A DNA stretch of 64,000 bases from the NCBI GenBank assembly GCA_030390025.1, contig CM059432.1, positions 26,972,001 to 27,036,000 on the forward strand, read 5' to 3'. Made by a program: the position numbers and the translations under genes. This stretch comes from Squalus acanthias (Eukaryota). The notes under the pieces are model-generated. The model ran no database searches and had not been told where the DNA came from. It saw only the letters and a list, made by a program, of their open reading frames with translations. Every line of letters begins with the position of its first letter. Position 1 is the first letter of the stretch. Positions 1 through 12,103 of the stretch are shown in pieces.

Positions 1-2820
1 CCACACTCAGTTAAATGCTGCCTTGATGTCAAGGGCAGTCACTCTCACCTCACCTCTGGAATTCAGCTCTTTTGTCCATGTTTGGACCAAGGCTGTAATG
101 AGGTCTGGAGTCGAGTGATCCTGGCGGAACCCAAACTGAGCGTCGGTGAGCAGGTTCTGGTGAGTAAGTGCTGGTTGATAGCACTGTCGACGGCATCTTC
201 CATCACTTTGCTGATGATTGGGAGTAGACTGATGAGGCGGTAATTGGCTGGATTTGTTTTGCTTATTGTGGACAGGACATACCTGGGCAGGTTTCCACAT
301 TGTTGGATAGATGCCAGTGTTTTAGCTGTACTGGAACAGCTTGGCTAGAGGCGCGACTAGCTCTGGAGCACAAGTCTTCAGCACGACAGCCGGGATGTTG
401 TCGGGGCCAATAGCCTTTGCTGTATCCAGTGCGCTCAGCCGCTTCTTGATATCACGTGGAGTGAATCGAATTGGCTGAAGACTGGCTTCTGTGATGGTGG
501 GGACCTCAGGAGGAGGCCGATATGGATCATCCACTCGGCACTTCTGGTTGAAGATGGTTGCAAACGCTTCAGCTTTGTCTTTTGCACTCACTTGCTGTGC
601 TCAGCCATCATTGAGGATGGGAATATTCACGGAGCCTCCTCCTCCCATTAGTTGTTTAATTGTCCACCACCATTCACAACTGGATGTGGCAGGACTGCAG
701 AGCTTTGATCTGATCTGTTGATTGTGGGATCGCTTAGCTCTGTCTATAGCATGCTGCTTTCGCTGTTTAGCATGCATGTAGTCCCGTGTTGCAGCTTCCC
801 CAGGTTGGCACCTCATTTTTAGGTACGCCAGGTGCTGTTCCTGGCATGCTCTTCTACACTCCTCATTGAACCAGGGTTGGTCCCCTGGCTTAATGGTAAT
901 GGTAGAGTGAGGGATATGCCTGGCCATGAGGTTACAGATTGTGGTGGAATACAATTCTGATGGCCCACAGCGCCTCATGGATGCCCAGTTTTGAGCTGCT
1001 AGATCTGTTCTGAATCTATCCCATTTAGCACGGTGGTAGTGCCACACAACACATTGGAGGGTGTCCTCAATGTGAAGAACGGACTTCGTCTCCGCAAGGA
1101 CTGTGCGGTGTTTACCAATGCTGTCATGGACAGATGCATTTGCGACAAGATGAGGTCACGTAGGTTTTTCCCTTGTGTTGGTTCTCTCACCACCTGCCGC
1201 AGGCTCAGTCTGCCAGCTATCTCCTTCAGGACTCGTTCAGTAGTGGTGCTACCGAGCCACTCTTGGTGATGGACATTGAAGTCCCCCACCCAGAGTACAT
1301 TCTGTGCCCTTGCTACCCTCAGTGCTTCTTCCAAGTGGTGTTCAACATGGAGGAGTACTGATTCATCAGCTAAGGGAGGGCAGTAGGTGGTAATCAGCAG
1401 GAGGTTTCCTTACCCATGCTTGACCTGAAGTCATGAGACTTCACTGTTCACTATACTTCCAAGTTTTGAGACACGGGGAAAGGACAGGGAAGTGGGACGA
1501 GCTGAAGTGCTCTTGCAGAGAGCTGGCACTAGTTGAATGGCCTCCTTCTGTGCTGTAACCATTCTATGACTTCATGGGGTCCGGAGTCAATGTTGAGGAC
1601 TCCCAGGGTAAGTCCCTTCTGACTGTATACCACTGTACCGCCACCTCTGGTGGGTCTGTCCTGCCGGTGGGACAGGACATACCCAGGGATTGTGATGGAG
1701 GAGTCTGGGACATTGGCTGAAAGGTATGATTCTGTGAGTAGGACTATGTCAGGCTGTTGCTTGACTAGTCTGTGAGACAGCTCTCCCAATTTTGGCACAA
1801 GTCCCCTGATGTTAGTTCTTCTTCTTAGGCAGTTCCTCGGAACCGAGGATGACTTGCTTCCACATTAAAAATGAGTTCTCAGGTGACTGATGAGTCTTAT
1901 GCGGGACCTACAGTCTCTGTCACAGGTGGGGCAGACGGTGGTTGAAGGGACGGGTGCTTGGGTTGGCGTGCGCTCCTTGCGCTTGGCTTCCGCTTGCTCC
2001 CGGCGAAGAGACTTGAGGTGTTCGGCGCATTCCCGGATGCTTCTCCTCCACTTTGTGCGGTCTTGGGCCAGGGATTCCCAGGTGTCAGTGGGGATGTTGC
2101 ACTTTTTCAAGGAGGCTTTGAGGGTGTCCTTGAAGCATTTCCTCTGCCCACCTGGGGCTCTCTTGCCGTGTCAGAGCTCCGAGTAGAGTGCTTGTTTTGG
2201 GAGTCTCGTACCGGGCATGCGGACGATGTGACCCGTCCATCGGAGCTGATCGAGCGTGGTCAAAGCTTCGATGCTGGGGATGTTGGCCTGAGCAAGAACA
2301 CTGACGTTGGTGCGCCTATCCTGCCAATGGATTTGCAGGATCTTGCGGAGGCAGCATTGGTGGTATCTCTCCAGTGCTTTGAGGTGACTGCTGTACATGG
2401 TCCATGTCTCTGAGGTATACAGCAGGGCGGGTATCACTGCTGCTCTGTAGACTATGAGCTTAGTGCCGGGTTTGAGGTCCTGGTCTTCAAACACTCTCTT
2501 CCTCTGATGTTAGTGAGAAGGACTTTGCAACGTCGACTGGGCTGGGTGTGTGCATTGTCTCGGTCGATGCCGGGTGATCCGTCCGGTTTTATTCTCATTA
2601 TTATTGTTTCTTGTAGCAGTTTGTTGCAACTGAGTGGCTTGCTAGGCCATTTTAGACTGCAGTTAAGAGTCAACCACATTGCTGTGGGTCTGGAGTGACA
2701 TATAGGCCAGACCAGGTAATGGACAGGAACTGAATTTAAATTCCCCAGCTGCCGTGGTGGGATTTGAATTCACGTCTCCGGATCATTAGTCTAGGCCTCT
2801 TGATTACTAGTCCAGTAACA
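1..2820 (-). mobile_element. Non-LTR retrotransposon (Jockey/CR1-group, called 'family A' here), 5' half, degenerate
   Basis: APE endonuclease motifs TNIRG..QPDIVLLTESYL, GDFNVHH, and RT region DIKAAF; frameshifted. The 5' end at 2700-2820 is tRNA-like. Confidence 0.85.
1817..2503 (-). mobile_element. RTE-clade LINE 3' fragment
   Basis: RTE-type C-terminus (RTNVSVL..PSIE, LRWTGHIVRM..RLPKQALYSEL, CPTCDRDC..ISHLRTH); (GAA)n tail; 11-bp TSD CTGATGTTAGT at 1806-1816 and 2504-2514. Confidence 0.85.
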
Positions 2821-4255
2821 TTATTTATTCGCTTATGGGATCTGGGCATCGCCGGCAATGCCAGCATTTATTGCCCATCCCTAGTTGCCCTTGAGAAGGT
2901 GGTGGTGAGCCGCCTTCTTGAACCGCTGCAGCCCGTGTGGTGAAGGTACTCCCACAATGCTGCTAGGGAGGAAATTCCAGGATTTTGACCCAGCGACGAT
3001 GAAGGAGTGGCGATATACTTCTAAGTCAGGATGGTGTGTGACTTGGAGGGGAACTTGGAGGTGGTGGTGTTCCCATGCGCCTGCTGCCCTTGTCCTTCTA
3101 GGTGGAAGAGGTCGCGAGTTTGGGAGGTGCTGCCGAAGAAGCCTTGGCGAGTTGCTGCAGTGCATCTTGTAGATGGTACACGCTGCAACCACGGTACGCC
3201 GGTGGTGGAGGGATTGAATGACTAAGGTGGTGGATGGGCTGCTTTGTCCTGGATGGTGTCGAGCTTCTTGAGTGTTGTTGGAGCTGCACTCATCCAGGCA
3301 AGTGGAGAGTATTCCATCACACTCTTTACTTGTGCCTTGTAGATGGTGGAAAGGCTTTGGGGATCAGGAGGTGAGACACTCGCCGCAGAATACCTAGCCT
3401 CTGACCTGCTCTTGTTGCCACAGTATTTATGTGGCTGGTCCAGTTAAGTTTCTGGTTAATGGTGACCCCCAGGATGTTGATAGTGGGGGAATTCAGCGAT
3501 GGTAATGCCATTGAATGACAAGGGCAGGTGGTTAGACTCTAGCTTGTTGGAGATAGTCATTGCCTGGCATTTCTGTGGCGCGAATGTCACCTGCCACTTA
3601 TCAGCCCAAGCCTGAACATCGTCCAGGTCTTGTTGCATGAGGGCATGGACTGCTTCATTATCTGAGGAGTTGTGAATGGCGCTGAACACTGTGCAGTCAT
3701 CAGCGAACATCCCCATTTCTGACCTTATGTTGGAGGGAAGATCATTGATGAAGCAGCTCAAGATGGTTGGGCCTAGGACACTGCCCTGAGCTCCTGCAGC
3801 GATGTCCTGGGGCTGTGATGATTGACCTTTGATCACCACAACCATCTTCCTTTGTGCTAGGTATGACTTCAGCCAGTGGAACGTTTTCCCCGATTCCCAT
3901 TGACTTCAGTTTTACTAGGGCTCCTTGATGCCAGACTCGGTCAAATGCTGCCTTGATGTCAAGGGAAGTCACTCGCACCTCTCCTCTGGAATTCAGCTCC
4001 TTTGTCCATGTTTGGACCAAGACTGTAATGAGGTCGGGAGCCGAGTTGTCTTGGTGGAACCCAAACTGGGCATCAGTGAGCAGGTTATTGGTGAGTAAGT
4101 GCCGCTCGATAGCACTGTCGATGACACCTTCCATCACTTTGCTGATGATTGAGAGTAGACTGTTGGGGCGGTAATTTGCCGGGTTGGGATTTGTCCTGCT
4201 TTTTGTGGACAGGACATACCTGGGCAGTTTTCCACATTGTCGGATAGATGCCAGT
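2821..4255 (-). mobile_element. Family A LINE, 3' half
   Basis: RT motifs DIKAAFDRVWH, QGSVLGP, FADD; 3' tail GGGATGGGCAATAAATGCTGG. Confidence 0.88.
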
Positions 4256-4256
4256 A

Positions 4257-4820
4257 TACTACCGTTCCAAGTATTTTTTAAATGTGATGACCGTTTCTGC
4301 CTCTTCCACCCTTTGAAGCAGTGAGTTCCAGACCCCCACCACCCTCTTGGTGAAATAGGTTCTCCTCAACTCCTCTCTAATCCTTCTACTATTTAATTTA
4401 AATCTATGCCCCCTGGTTAGTGACCTCATTGCTAGGGTAAATAGGTCCTTCCTATCCACTCTATCTAGGCCCCTCATAATTTTATACAACTCGCCAAGGC
4501 TTCTTCGGCAGCACTTCCCAAACCCGCGACCTCTTCCACCTAGAAGGACAAGGGCAGTAGGCGCATGGGAACACCACCATCTCCAAGTTCCCCTCCAAGT
4601 CACACACCATCCTGACTTGGAAGTATATCGCTGTTCCTTCATCGTCGCTGGGTCAAAATCCTGGAACTCCCTCCCTAACAGCACTGTGGGAGCACCTTCA
4701 CCACACAGACCGCAGCGGTTCAAGTAGGCGGCTCACCACCACCTTCGTCCACATCCCATGAACGATTAAAAAAATCAAGACTCCCCTCAGCCTCCTCTGT
4801 TCCATAGAAAACAACCCCAT
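4257..4820 (-). mobile_element. CR1 3' fragment interrupted by a + strand family A tail (~4487-4775)
   Basis: YKIMRGLDRVD..TRGHRFKL..FTKRVVGVWNSL; the inserted piece matches 2880-3150 in reverse and ends A-rich. Confidence 0.75.
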
Positions 4821-5769
4821 AATACTTTCTCTCATTATGTTTATCTCATCCAATACTTCACACTCCTCCTCAACTACAATGTCTACATCGTTGTTCCCTT
4901 TTGTTCTCCCCCCTCCCCCCCCCCCATTTTCTTTCTCTGTTCATTCTTATATGGTCATCATCTGTGATATCCTCCAGTTCTGATGAAGGGTTGTATTTGA
5001 AAAGTAAAAGTTTTTTCTTTCTCCACAGATGCTGCCTGAGCTGTTGGAATTTTGGGCAAGTTGGATTTTGTGAAGGGCGGAGCTTGAGAGGCCAATGGGA
5101 GTTTAGAGGTGATAAAGACATGGATAATGGGGGTGAGGTGGGTCAGAGGCATTCGTTCTGTAGGCAATATGAGAGAGGACGCACTTGAGGGTCAGGGTGG
5201 AGCGTAGCGAGTGAGGAAAGAGACATGGGCAGGAGGTTCGGGAGGTTAACCCCTGGGGCGGGATGGCCACTGAGAGCATTGAGGGTGTTATGGTTTCTGG
5301 GTTCCGATGAGCCGCCATAATATACAAGGCCCGGCTGATAGGACGGGATCTCGAGAAATTCCGCCCCAGTGGATCTTACTTTTTAAAGAAAAATTCTTTA
5401 TGGGAAATTTGACAAATTGTTGGCAAATCTGATTAGCTTAGCCATTCCAGCGCACTCACTGTAAGCATGAGTATATTGTACTACACATCAAGATACAGAC
5501 AGCTGTGCTATCCTTAAATATGGCATTTCAAAATCTTCATCCTCATCTACACCACTGCCTTACTCCACCCTACTTCTGTGACCTATGTCCTTGTGACAAC
5601 AGAATACTTGGGTTCATAGATGAGACGGATGATTTTCTCTATCGGTCCCCCATGGTGAGCTACTGCCACAAATGCAGGTGTTTCAAGACATTGTTGGAAT
5701 ACCAACATTTAAATGCGTGATGTCGTGCACAGTACGGGAGGCTTGACAAGTTTCAAGGAACCATCACAG

Positions 5770-6205
5770 AAAAGAATGATAGATCTTGCATTGATATAGC
5801 AGGTTTCACAGCCTCAGGATGTCCTAATGCGCTTTATAGCTAATGAGGTACTTTTCAAATGTAGTCACTGTTATAATGTAGGCAATGCGGCAGCTAATTT
5901 ACGTACAGCAAGCTCCCACAAACAGCAATAAGATAATGACCAGATAACTTTTAGTGATGTTAGTTGAGGAATAAATATTAGCCAGGACACCGGGAGAATG
6001 TTCCTGCTTTTCTTCGAATACTGCCATGGGATAATTTACGTCCACCTGGGAGGATAGACGTGGCCTCAGTTTAACATCTCATCCAAAAGATAGCACCTCT
6101 GACAGTGCAGCACTCCTTCAATGCTACACTGAAGTGTCAGCCTAGTTTATGTGCTCAACGCGCTAGAGTAGGGCTTGAACCACAGTGCTACCACTGAGCC
6201 AGATT
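5770..6205 (-). mobile_element. Deu-domain tRNA-derived SINE (SacSINE1-like)
   Basis: Reverse complement of the 7680-8230 family (GATGAGATGTTAAAC, CCCATGGCA, CCGGTGTCCTGGC). Confidence 0.75.
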
Positions 6206-6214
6206 TACAGAGCT

Positions 6215-6720
6215 GTCAAGGTCAGAGAACTTTTGGTAGTAACACTGCGTATCACAAAAGAGGAGCAATCATGGACGCAGACAATTACTGGGTTTGGAAC
6301 AGGTGCATTAGAGGTCAGGAGGTGGTTCTTTTCCCAGAGAATAGTGGACATCTGAAACAGGCTGCCTGCTCGTGCAGTGGATGCCGATTCCCTTGATTCC
6401 ATCAAGCGCGAACTGGACCTGTTTCTGGCTAGGGCGGAGATCACCTCTTACAAAAGTTAGGTACTGCATAGTATCATCAGGGCCATAGTGATCTGGACCA
6501 TAGTGATCTCACGGACTGGTTCCAATCGCCTAAGTGGGGGTGGTGGTCGGAGATTTTTTTTACCCAGATTGTCCTGGGTTTTTATGTTTTTTTGCCTTTC
6601 CAGGGAGATCACATGATTTCGGGTGGGGTGCATATATTGTGATGCACTAGGCATCACAATTGTGTGGGTCAGGCTGGATGGACCAGAGGCTCTTTTCCTG
6701 ACTGTCATTTTCTGTATAAC
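6215..6720 (+). mobile_element. LINE 3' end remnant
   Basis: Degraded C-terminal coding-like sequence and a GCTGGATGGACCAG..TCTTTTCCTG tail. Confidence 0.5.
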
Positions 6721-6879
6721 TAATTCGAAAAATATTTGGGAGGGCAGTGTCACATCTTCCTCAATAGTTGCCACTTCAAGCCACATGGAGCTGGGATTAT
6801 TTTTAACATTAAAAATTTTAAACCAAAATGAGAAAAAATTCTCCCCAAACACGATGTCACTTGGCAAGCATGGCATGAC

Positions 6880-7520
6880 ATTTGGCTGGTCCTCCAGCTC
6901 TGCGCTGGAAGTTAACAGGAGTTGGGAGGACTGGAGGGCTAGGCCCCGGCCCCGGCCCCGGCCCGCCGGACGTCACCTCTTGTCGCTTCCCGCCCCCAAT
7001 CGACAACCTCCTCGGCTCGCGTGGTGCACGCCGGGAAAGGGGAGCCGCCATATTTCTTCCGCAGATTCGTCAGAAAGTGGAAAAATTTTTTTTTTTTAAT
7101 TTTAATATAATGACGGCTCTTCGGTTAATATCTAAATATAATTAGAATTCTAACCAGATGTATTTATATCGGCACTCATGGATCAGCGAACTCCAGGTGA
7201 GGTACGGCGACCGGGCCATTTTCCTTTCCTTCTCTTGTGTTTTTGAAAGGTAAAAGTAGCGCGAGCTGCCAGCTGAAGCGAGTTCAAACCAACAAATCTT
7301 TCCGAGCGGCTCGCCCGATTTTTAAAAAAAAAGTTTGCTCTTAATTGTTCGCGATAAATAATTTTTTTAAAAACCGAAATGTAAAAGTTCGGGCGAATAT
7401 TTAAAAGAAAATGTCAACGGGCGCCTGTCAACTGTCGGCCGTAGTTTGATTGGCAGCTGTCCCGCGGCGCGGATTGGCTGAAGCGACCGCTGAGCCCCGC
7501 CTTCCTGGGCTCGGCACACG
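6880..7520 (+). promoter_or_regulatory. ZFAT CpG-rich promoter / exon 1 region
   Basis: High CpG density; (CCCCGG)n GC boxes at ~6943-6967; TTCCCGCC and CCAAT at ~6988-7000; YY1-type CCGCCATATT at 7045-7054; reverse CCAAT (ATTGG) at ~7449 and ~7473; CCCCGCC at ~7495. Confidence 0.75.
7178..7196 (+). CDS. ZFAT: ZFAT coding exon 1 (MDQRTP + first base of E)
   Basis: ATG GAT CAG CGA ACT CCA G followed by the donor GTGAG at 7197. It lies in the CpG-rich promoter region, is phase 1 and joins exon 2 in frame. It parallels the recalled human N-terminus METRAAE. Confidence 0.8.
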
Positions 7521-7679
7521 GTGTCACTCAGGGGACATTGTCACTGCCCCTCTGCTGCTCTCCAATTGCTCCCCTCCTTCATTAGCTGCTCCCATCTGCA
7601 GGAGGGACTCTGAACAGCAGTGGCAGCATCAGTAATAAGTAAACTGGGTGTAAAAATCTGGTGAAAGACCTGAACACAA

Positions 7680-8230
7680 CAGTGGCTCAGTGGGCAGCGC
7701 ACATCGCCTCTGAGTCAGCAGGTTGTGGGTTCAAGTCCCGCTACCAGGGACTTGAGCGCCAAAAACCGAGGCTGACTCTCAGTGCAGTGCTGAGGGCGCG
7801 CCGGACTGCTGGAGGTGCCATCTTTCGGATGAGATGTTAAACCGTCTGCTCTCTCAGCTGGACGTAAAAGATTCCCATGGCACTGTTTCAAAGAAGAGTC
7901 ATCCCCGGTGTCCTGGCCGATATTTATTCCTCAACCAACATCCAGTTCTGACGAAAGGTCTTCGACCTGAAACGTTAACTCTGTTTCTCTCTCCACGGAT
8001 GCTGCCTGGCCTGCTGAGTTTTTCCAGCGTTTTCTGTTGTTGTTACACTAAAAAACACATTATCTGGTCATTACCACATTGCTGTTTGTGGGAGCTTGCT
8101 GTGCGCAAATTGACTGCCGCGTTTCCTGCATTGCAACAGTGACTACACTTCAAAATTACTTTCATTGGCTGTAAAGCGCTTTGAGAGGTCCGGTGGTTGT
8201 TAAAAGCGTGATATTAAAAGCAAGTCTTTT
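7680..8230 (+). mobile_element. Deu-domain SINE (SacSINE1-like) containing a Penelope terminal fragment (~7942-8045)
   Basis: tRNA-like head GTGGCTCAGTGG..GGTTCAAGTCC; Deu-domain GATGAGATGTTAAACCG..AAAGATTCCCATGGCAC..CCCGGTGTCCTGGCC; L2-type tail. Confidence 0.8.
7944..7980 (+). ncRNA. Minimal type I hammerhead ribozyme (Penelope-associated)
   Basis: AGUU-CUGACGA-A-AGGUC(UUC)GACCU-GAAA-CG-UU-AACU: intact core, stem I AGUU/AACU, stem II, and palindromic AACGUU stem III. Confidence 0.8.
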
Positions 8231-8484
8231 TAACAACATAAGAATTAGGAGCCATTCGGCCCCTCGAGCCTGCTCCGCCATTCAGTAAGATCATGGCTGA
8301 TCTTCGACCTAGACTCCACTTTCCCGCTTGATACCCATATCCCTTGCTTCCTCTGGAGTCCAAAAATCTTAGAGAATTCCAGATTCACAACCCTCTGAGC
8401 GAATAAATTTCTCCTCATCTCAGTCTTAAATGGCCAACCCCTTATCCTTAGGCTATGCTCCCTAGTTCTAGACTCTCCAGCCAG

Positions 8485-8945
8485 CATTTGTATAACGCCT
8501 TTAACGTTGTAAAATGTCCCAAGGCGCTTCACGGGGAGCGTGATCAGACACAAATTTGACACACAGCCACATAAGGCGATATTAGGACAGGTGACCAAAA
8601 GTTTGGTCGAAGACGTAGGCTTTAAAGAGCATCTTAAAGGAGAAGAGCAAGGCGGCGAGGTTTAGGGTGGGACTTCCAGAGCTTAGAGCCTCGCCAGCTG
8701 AATGCATGGCTGCTGATGGTGGTGCGATTAAAATCGGGGATGCGGCAGATGCCAGAATTGGAGGAGCGCTGAGTTCTCGGAGGGTTGTAGGGCTGGAGGA
8801 GGCCACAGCGATGGGGAGGGGTGAGGCCAGGGAGGGATTTGAAAACAAAGATGAGAATTTTAAAATCCAGGCATTACCGGACTGGGAGCCAGTGCAGAGG
8901 TGATGGGTGAACTTGGTGCGTGTTAGGATATTGGATACAGGCAGC
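8485..8945 (-). mobile_element. L2 LINE 3' fragment
   Basis: Reverse-complement match to the L2 copy at 59440-60262 (ILTRTK, tail TTTGACCAA..TTTGGTCACCTGTCCTAAT). Confidence 0.75.
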
Positions 8946-10194
8946 AGAGAAACATTTACCCTGTTTCTCTCTCCACAGATGCTGCCTGACCTGCTGAATG
9001 TTTCCAGCATTTTCTGTTTTTATTTCAGATTTCCAGCATCTGCAGTATTTTGCTTTTGTATATGTAAAGTGGAGGCTGAAGTGAGCAGGCAGACAGTGTG
9101 TTCGGGTGTGATGCAGCACAGAAAGAGGCCATCCGGCCCATTGTGCCTGTGCCAGCTCTTTAGAGGAGCTATCCAATTAGTCCCATTCCCCTGCTTTTTC
9201 CCCATAGCCCTGCAAATGTTTCCTTTTTCAAGTATATATCCAATTCCCTTTTGAAAGTTATTATAGAATCTGTTTCCACCACCCTTTCAGGCAATGCATT
9301 CAAGATCATAACTCACTGCGTTTAAAAAAAAATCTTCTGATCTCCCTTCTCATCAATGCTCACATTTATCCCCAAGTCGGAGCAACAATGGGCACTGCCT
9401 TTCCCATTTGCCTGCAATGCTAACTTCTGGGGAGTTTGCTATTCTTAGGACAGCAATAGCGACTTGTATTAATATCGTTGAAAATGTCCCAAGGCACTTA
9501 AAAGATGGGGGAATAAAAATACATAAAACGGATAAAGGAAGATACGCTGAGCCATGAAGAGGAGTAATTTGGGCAGGGCGCTGGTGGGCTTCTGTGCCCT
9601 TGGAATCGCACCTTGGCTCTTGTCAGTGGGGCCAGTTTTAACTCTGGCAGCCTGGCTTAAATGAAGCGGTAGCGTCCTAAAAATGATGTCCTGTCACACC
9701 TGCGCTCTAACCATCACCACGCAGTTGGGAAGCCTTTTGATGGGTGGCCGGAGTGCCCCCCCTTTTTGGATGGGAGTTCACTTTTAGTGTGCTAATCGCG
9801 GTCCTTTGATGCACATTTGTACTGGCGTTGAGCAGTCATTAAAAGGAGCCACTGGGATCAGCTCAAAAATCGGTCCTCTTGACCTCACAAAAATACTCTT
9901 GCCTTATGGTGACCCATCTGCCTTCCCTCCCCTCCTGATACGCCGGCCACTTGCTCAGGCACGTCCTCCCTCACCCCTCAGTACCCCATTCCTGCTTTCT
10001 CGCCATACCCCTTGATCCCCCTAGTTGTGAGTGTTATATCTAACTCACCCCCCCCAACCTCCCCCCAGCCACTGACTACCATCCGGCTGCATGTGGGAGC
10101 CGACCTATTTCCCATCCTCCCCAACCGGAGTGGCGATTTGATATGAGCAGTCCGCCGTACCCAAGCAAATGAGGCGCCGGCCTCCAAATGATTT

Positions 10195-11705
10195 ATAGAA
10201 TCATAGTTCATAGAATAGTACAGCACGAAGGAGGCCATTCAGGCCAATCGAGTCTGCACCGGCTCTTTTGAAGTCCAGTTAGTCGCATATCTCTGCAATG
10301 TTTTTCTCCTTCAAGTATTTATCTAATTCACTTTTGAAGGCTACTATTAAATCTGTATCCACCACCCTATCAGGCAGCGCATTCCAAATATGAACCACTC
10401 ATTGCGTAAAAAAGTTTTCCTCCGTGTCACCTCTGGTTCCTTTGCCAATCACCTTCAATCTGTGCCCTCTGGTTATCGACCCTTCAGCCATTGGAAACAG
10501 TTTCTCTTTATTTACTCTATCTAAGCCCTTCATGATTTTAAACACCTCAATCAAATCTTCTCTTGACCTTCTCTGCTCGAAAGAGAACAACCCCAGCTTC
10601 TCCAGTCTATCCACGTAACTGTAATCCCTCATCCCTGGACCATTCTAGTAAATCTCATCTGTACCCTTTGCAAAGCCTTCACGTCCTTCCCAAAGTGTGG
10701 TGCCTAGAATTGGTCACATTAGCGTTTTATATAGGATTAGCATAACTCCTGGCTTTTGAACTCTATGGGCTGGATTTTCATTGACCCGTGGAGGCGGGTT
10801 TGGAGGCGTGTGGGGGGTTAAAGTTGCAGATTCGGGGGTCCCGAACCCATCCCGACCCATCCCGCCTCCATGCCAGTTTCGCTGGAGGCGGGTACCCGAC
10901 CTGTGCAGGTAGTTAACAGGCAGTTTTTTGACATCCCTATTTTAAAAGCTGAAATGTGGGCTTCCCGACAGGTCCCAACCACGCCAAGTTAGCAAGGCGG
11001 ACCGTGGGTCTGCAGGGGTTGGCGGGGTCGATATGTCCTGTGGGCAGGTGAGTGATGAGTGCATGTGTGCAGAGGTAAGTGTAAAGTGTGGGGAAAATGT
11101 TTTACTTACCTTAACTTCCTCCTGCAGGTGTCAGCCCTTCAGGTCTCGGGAGTCAGAAATCTCACCGGCACAGAAAGCACAATGGCCGTGGTGCTGTCAA
11201 AAACTGCAGCCTTCTGCTTTCTGTGCTGGAATGATTTCTAACTCAGCCTGAAAGGAAGGACTCAAGTTAGAAGACAGATTGTCAGTGTTTGACAGCTTCA
11301 AGGAGCTGTCAAACGCTGATATTTCATCTGTCAAAAGCTCTTGACAGATGAAATGTCAATCTGTGACGTCACCTGTTGCCGGGTGGCCCTTAATTGGCCT
11401 GCTGAGCTCGCTGGGCGGGCTCAACAAGGTCAATCAAGTGAAAATGCAGTGGGTTGGCCACAAGTCGATGGAGGCGGGACTACAACCCAAAAAGTGGGAG
11501 TCCCGCCTCCATCACGTCCCCAGTATCAAAATCCAGCCCTCTGCCTCTATTTATAAAGCCAAGGATTCCATATGCTTTATTAACTGCTTTGTTAACCTGT
11601 CCTGCCATCTTCAAAGGTCTCTCTCTGTTCTTGCACCCCCTTTAAAATTGTACCATTTACCTTGTACAGTCTCTCCTCATTCTTCCTACCAAAATGTATC
11701 ACCTC
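10195..11705 (-). mobile_element. CR1 3' fragment, split by a MITE
   Basis: YVDRLEKLGLFSFEQRR..DLIEVFKIMKGLDRV..TRGH; CR1 tail at ~10195-10270; the element resumes after 11540. Confidence 0.8.
10767..11539. mobile_element. Non-autonomous DNA transposon (PIF/Harbinger-like MITE)
   Basis: 12-bp TIR GGGCTGGATTTT / AAAATCCAGCCC; 3-bp flanks TAT/TCT; inserted in a CR1. Confidence 0.8.
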
Positions 11706-12103
11706 ACATGAGGCTTGGACCTCATAGAAGCGATAACAGGCAGGCAAGTGGGCTCTACCCACCCACCGTCTGTTTTGCGGCAGATGTTAAAGTTGGACCC
11801 AGTGTCTTCAGGAAAGGTGGGGAAAGCTCTTTCTGACACCTCGTAATCATGGAACCCATTGTAACCATGGCCCTGATATTTACGGGCCCTTGCGTTCGGA
11901 GAGCTGGGAGAGGAGTTATGGACGGGAAACCTGGCAGTTTTTAACTGCAGGACGCCTTTTAAATTTTTTCTGCAGGTTTCCCGCCTGTCAGCTGGCCAGC
12001 CTAGATTTCCAAATAACATGCAAATAAGCTTTGATAAAATAACTTGTATCAAATCTTCTGTAGCTAACTATTTTTGCTTTTTCTTTTATCTCCCATTGAC
12101 CAG

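Noticed and set aside
6457..7145. ORFs spanning the promoter, suggesting a divergent gene
   Set aside because: No recognisable protein; they run across GC-rich promoter and LINE-tail sequence.
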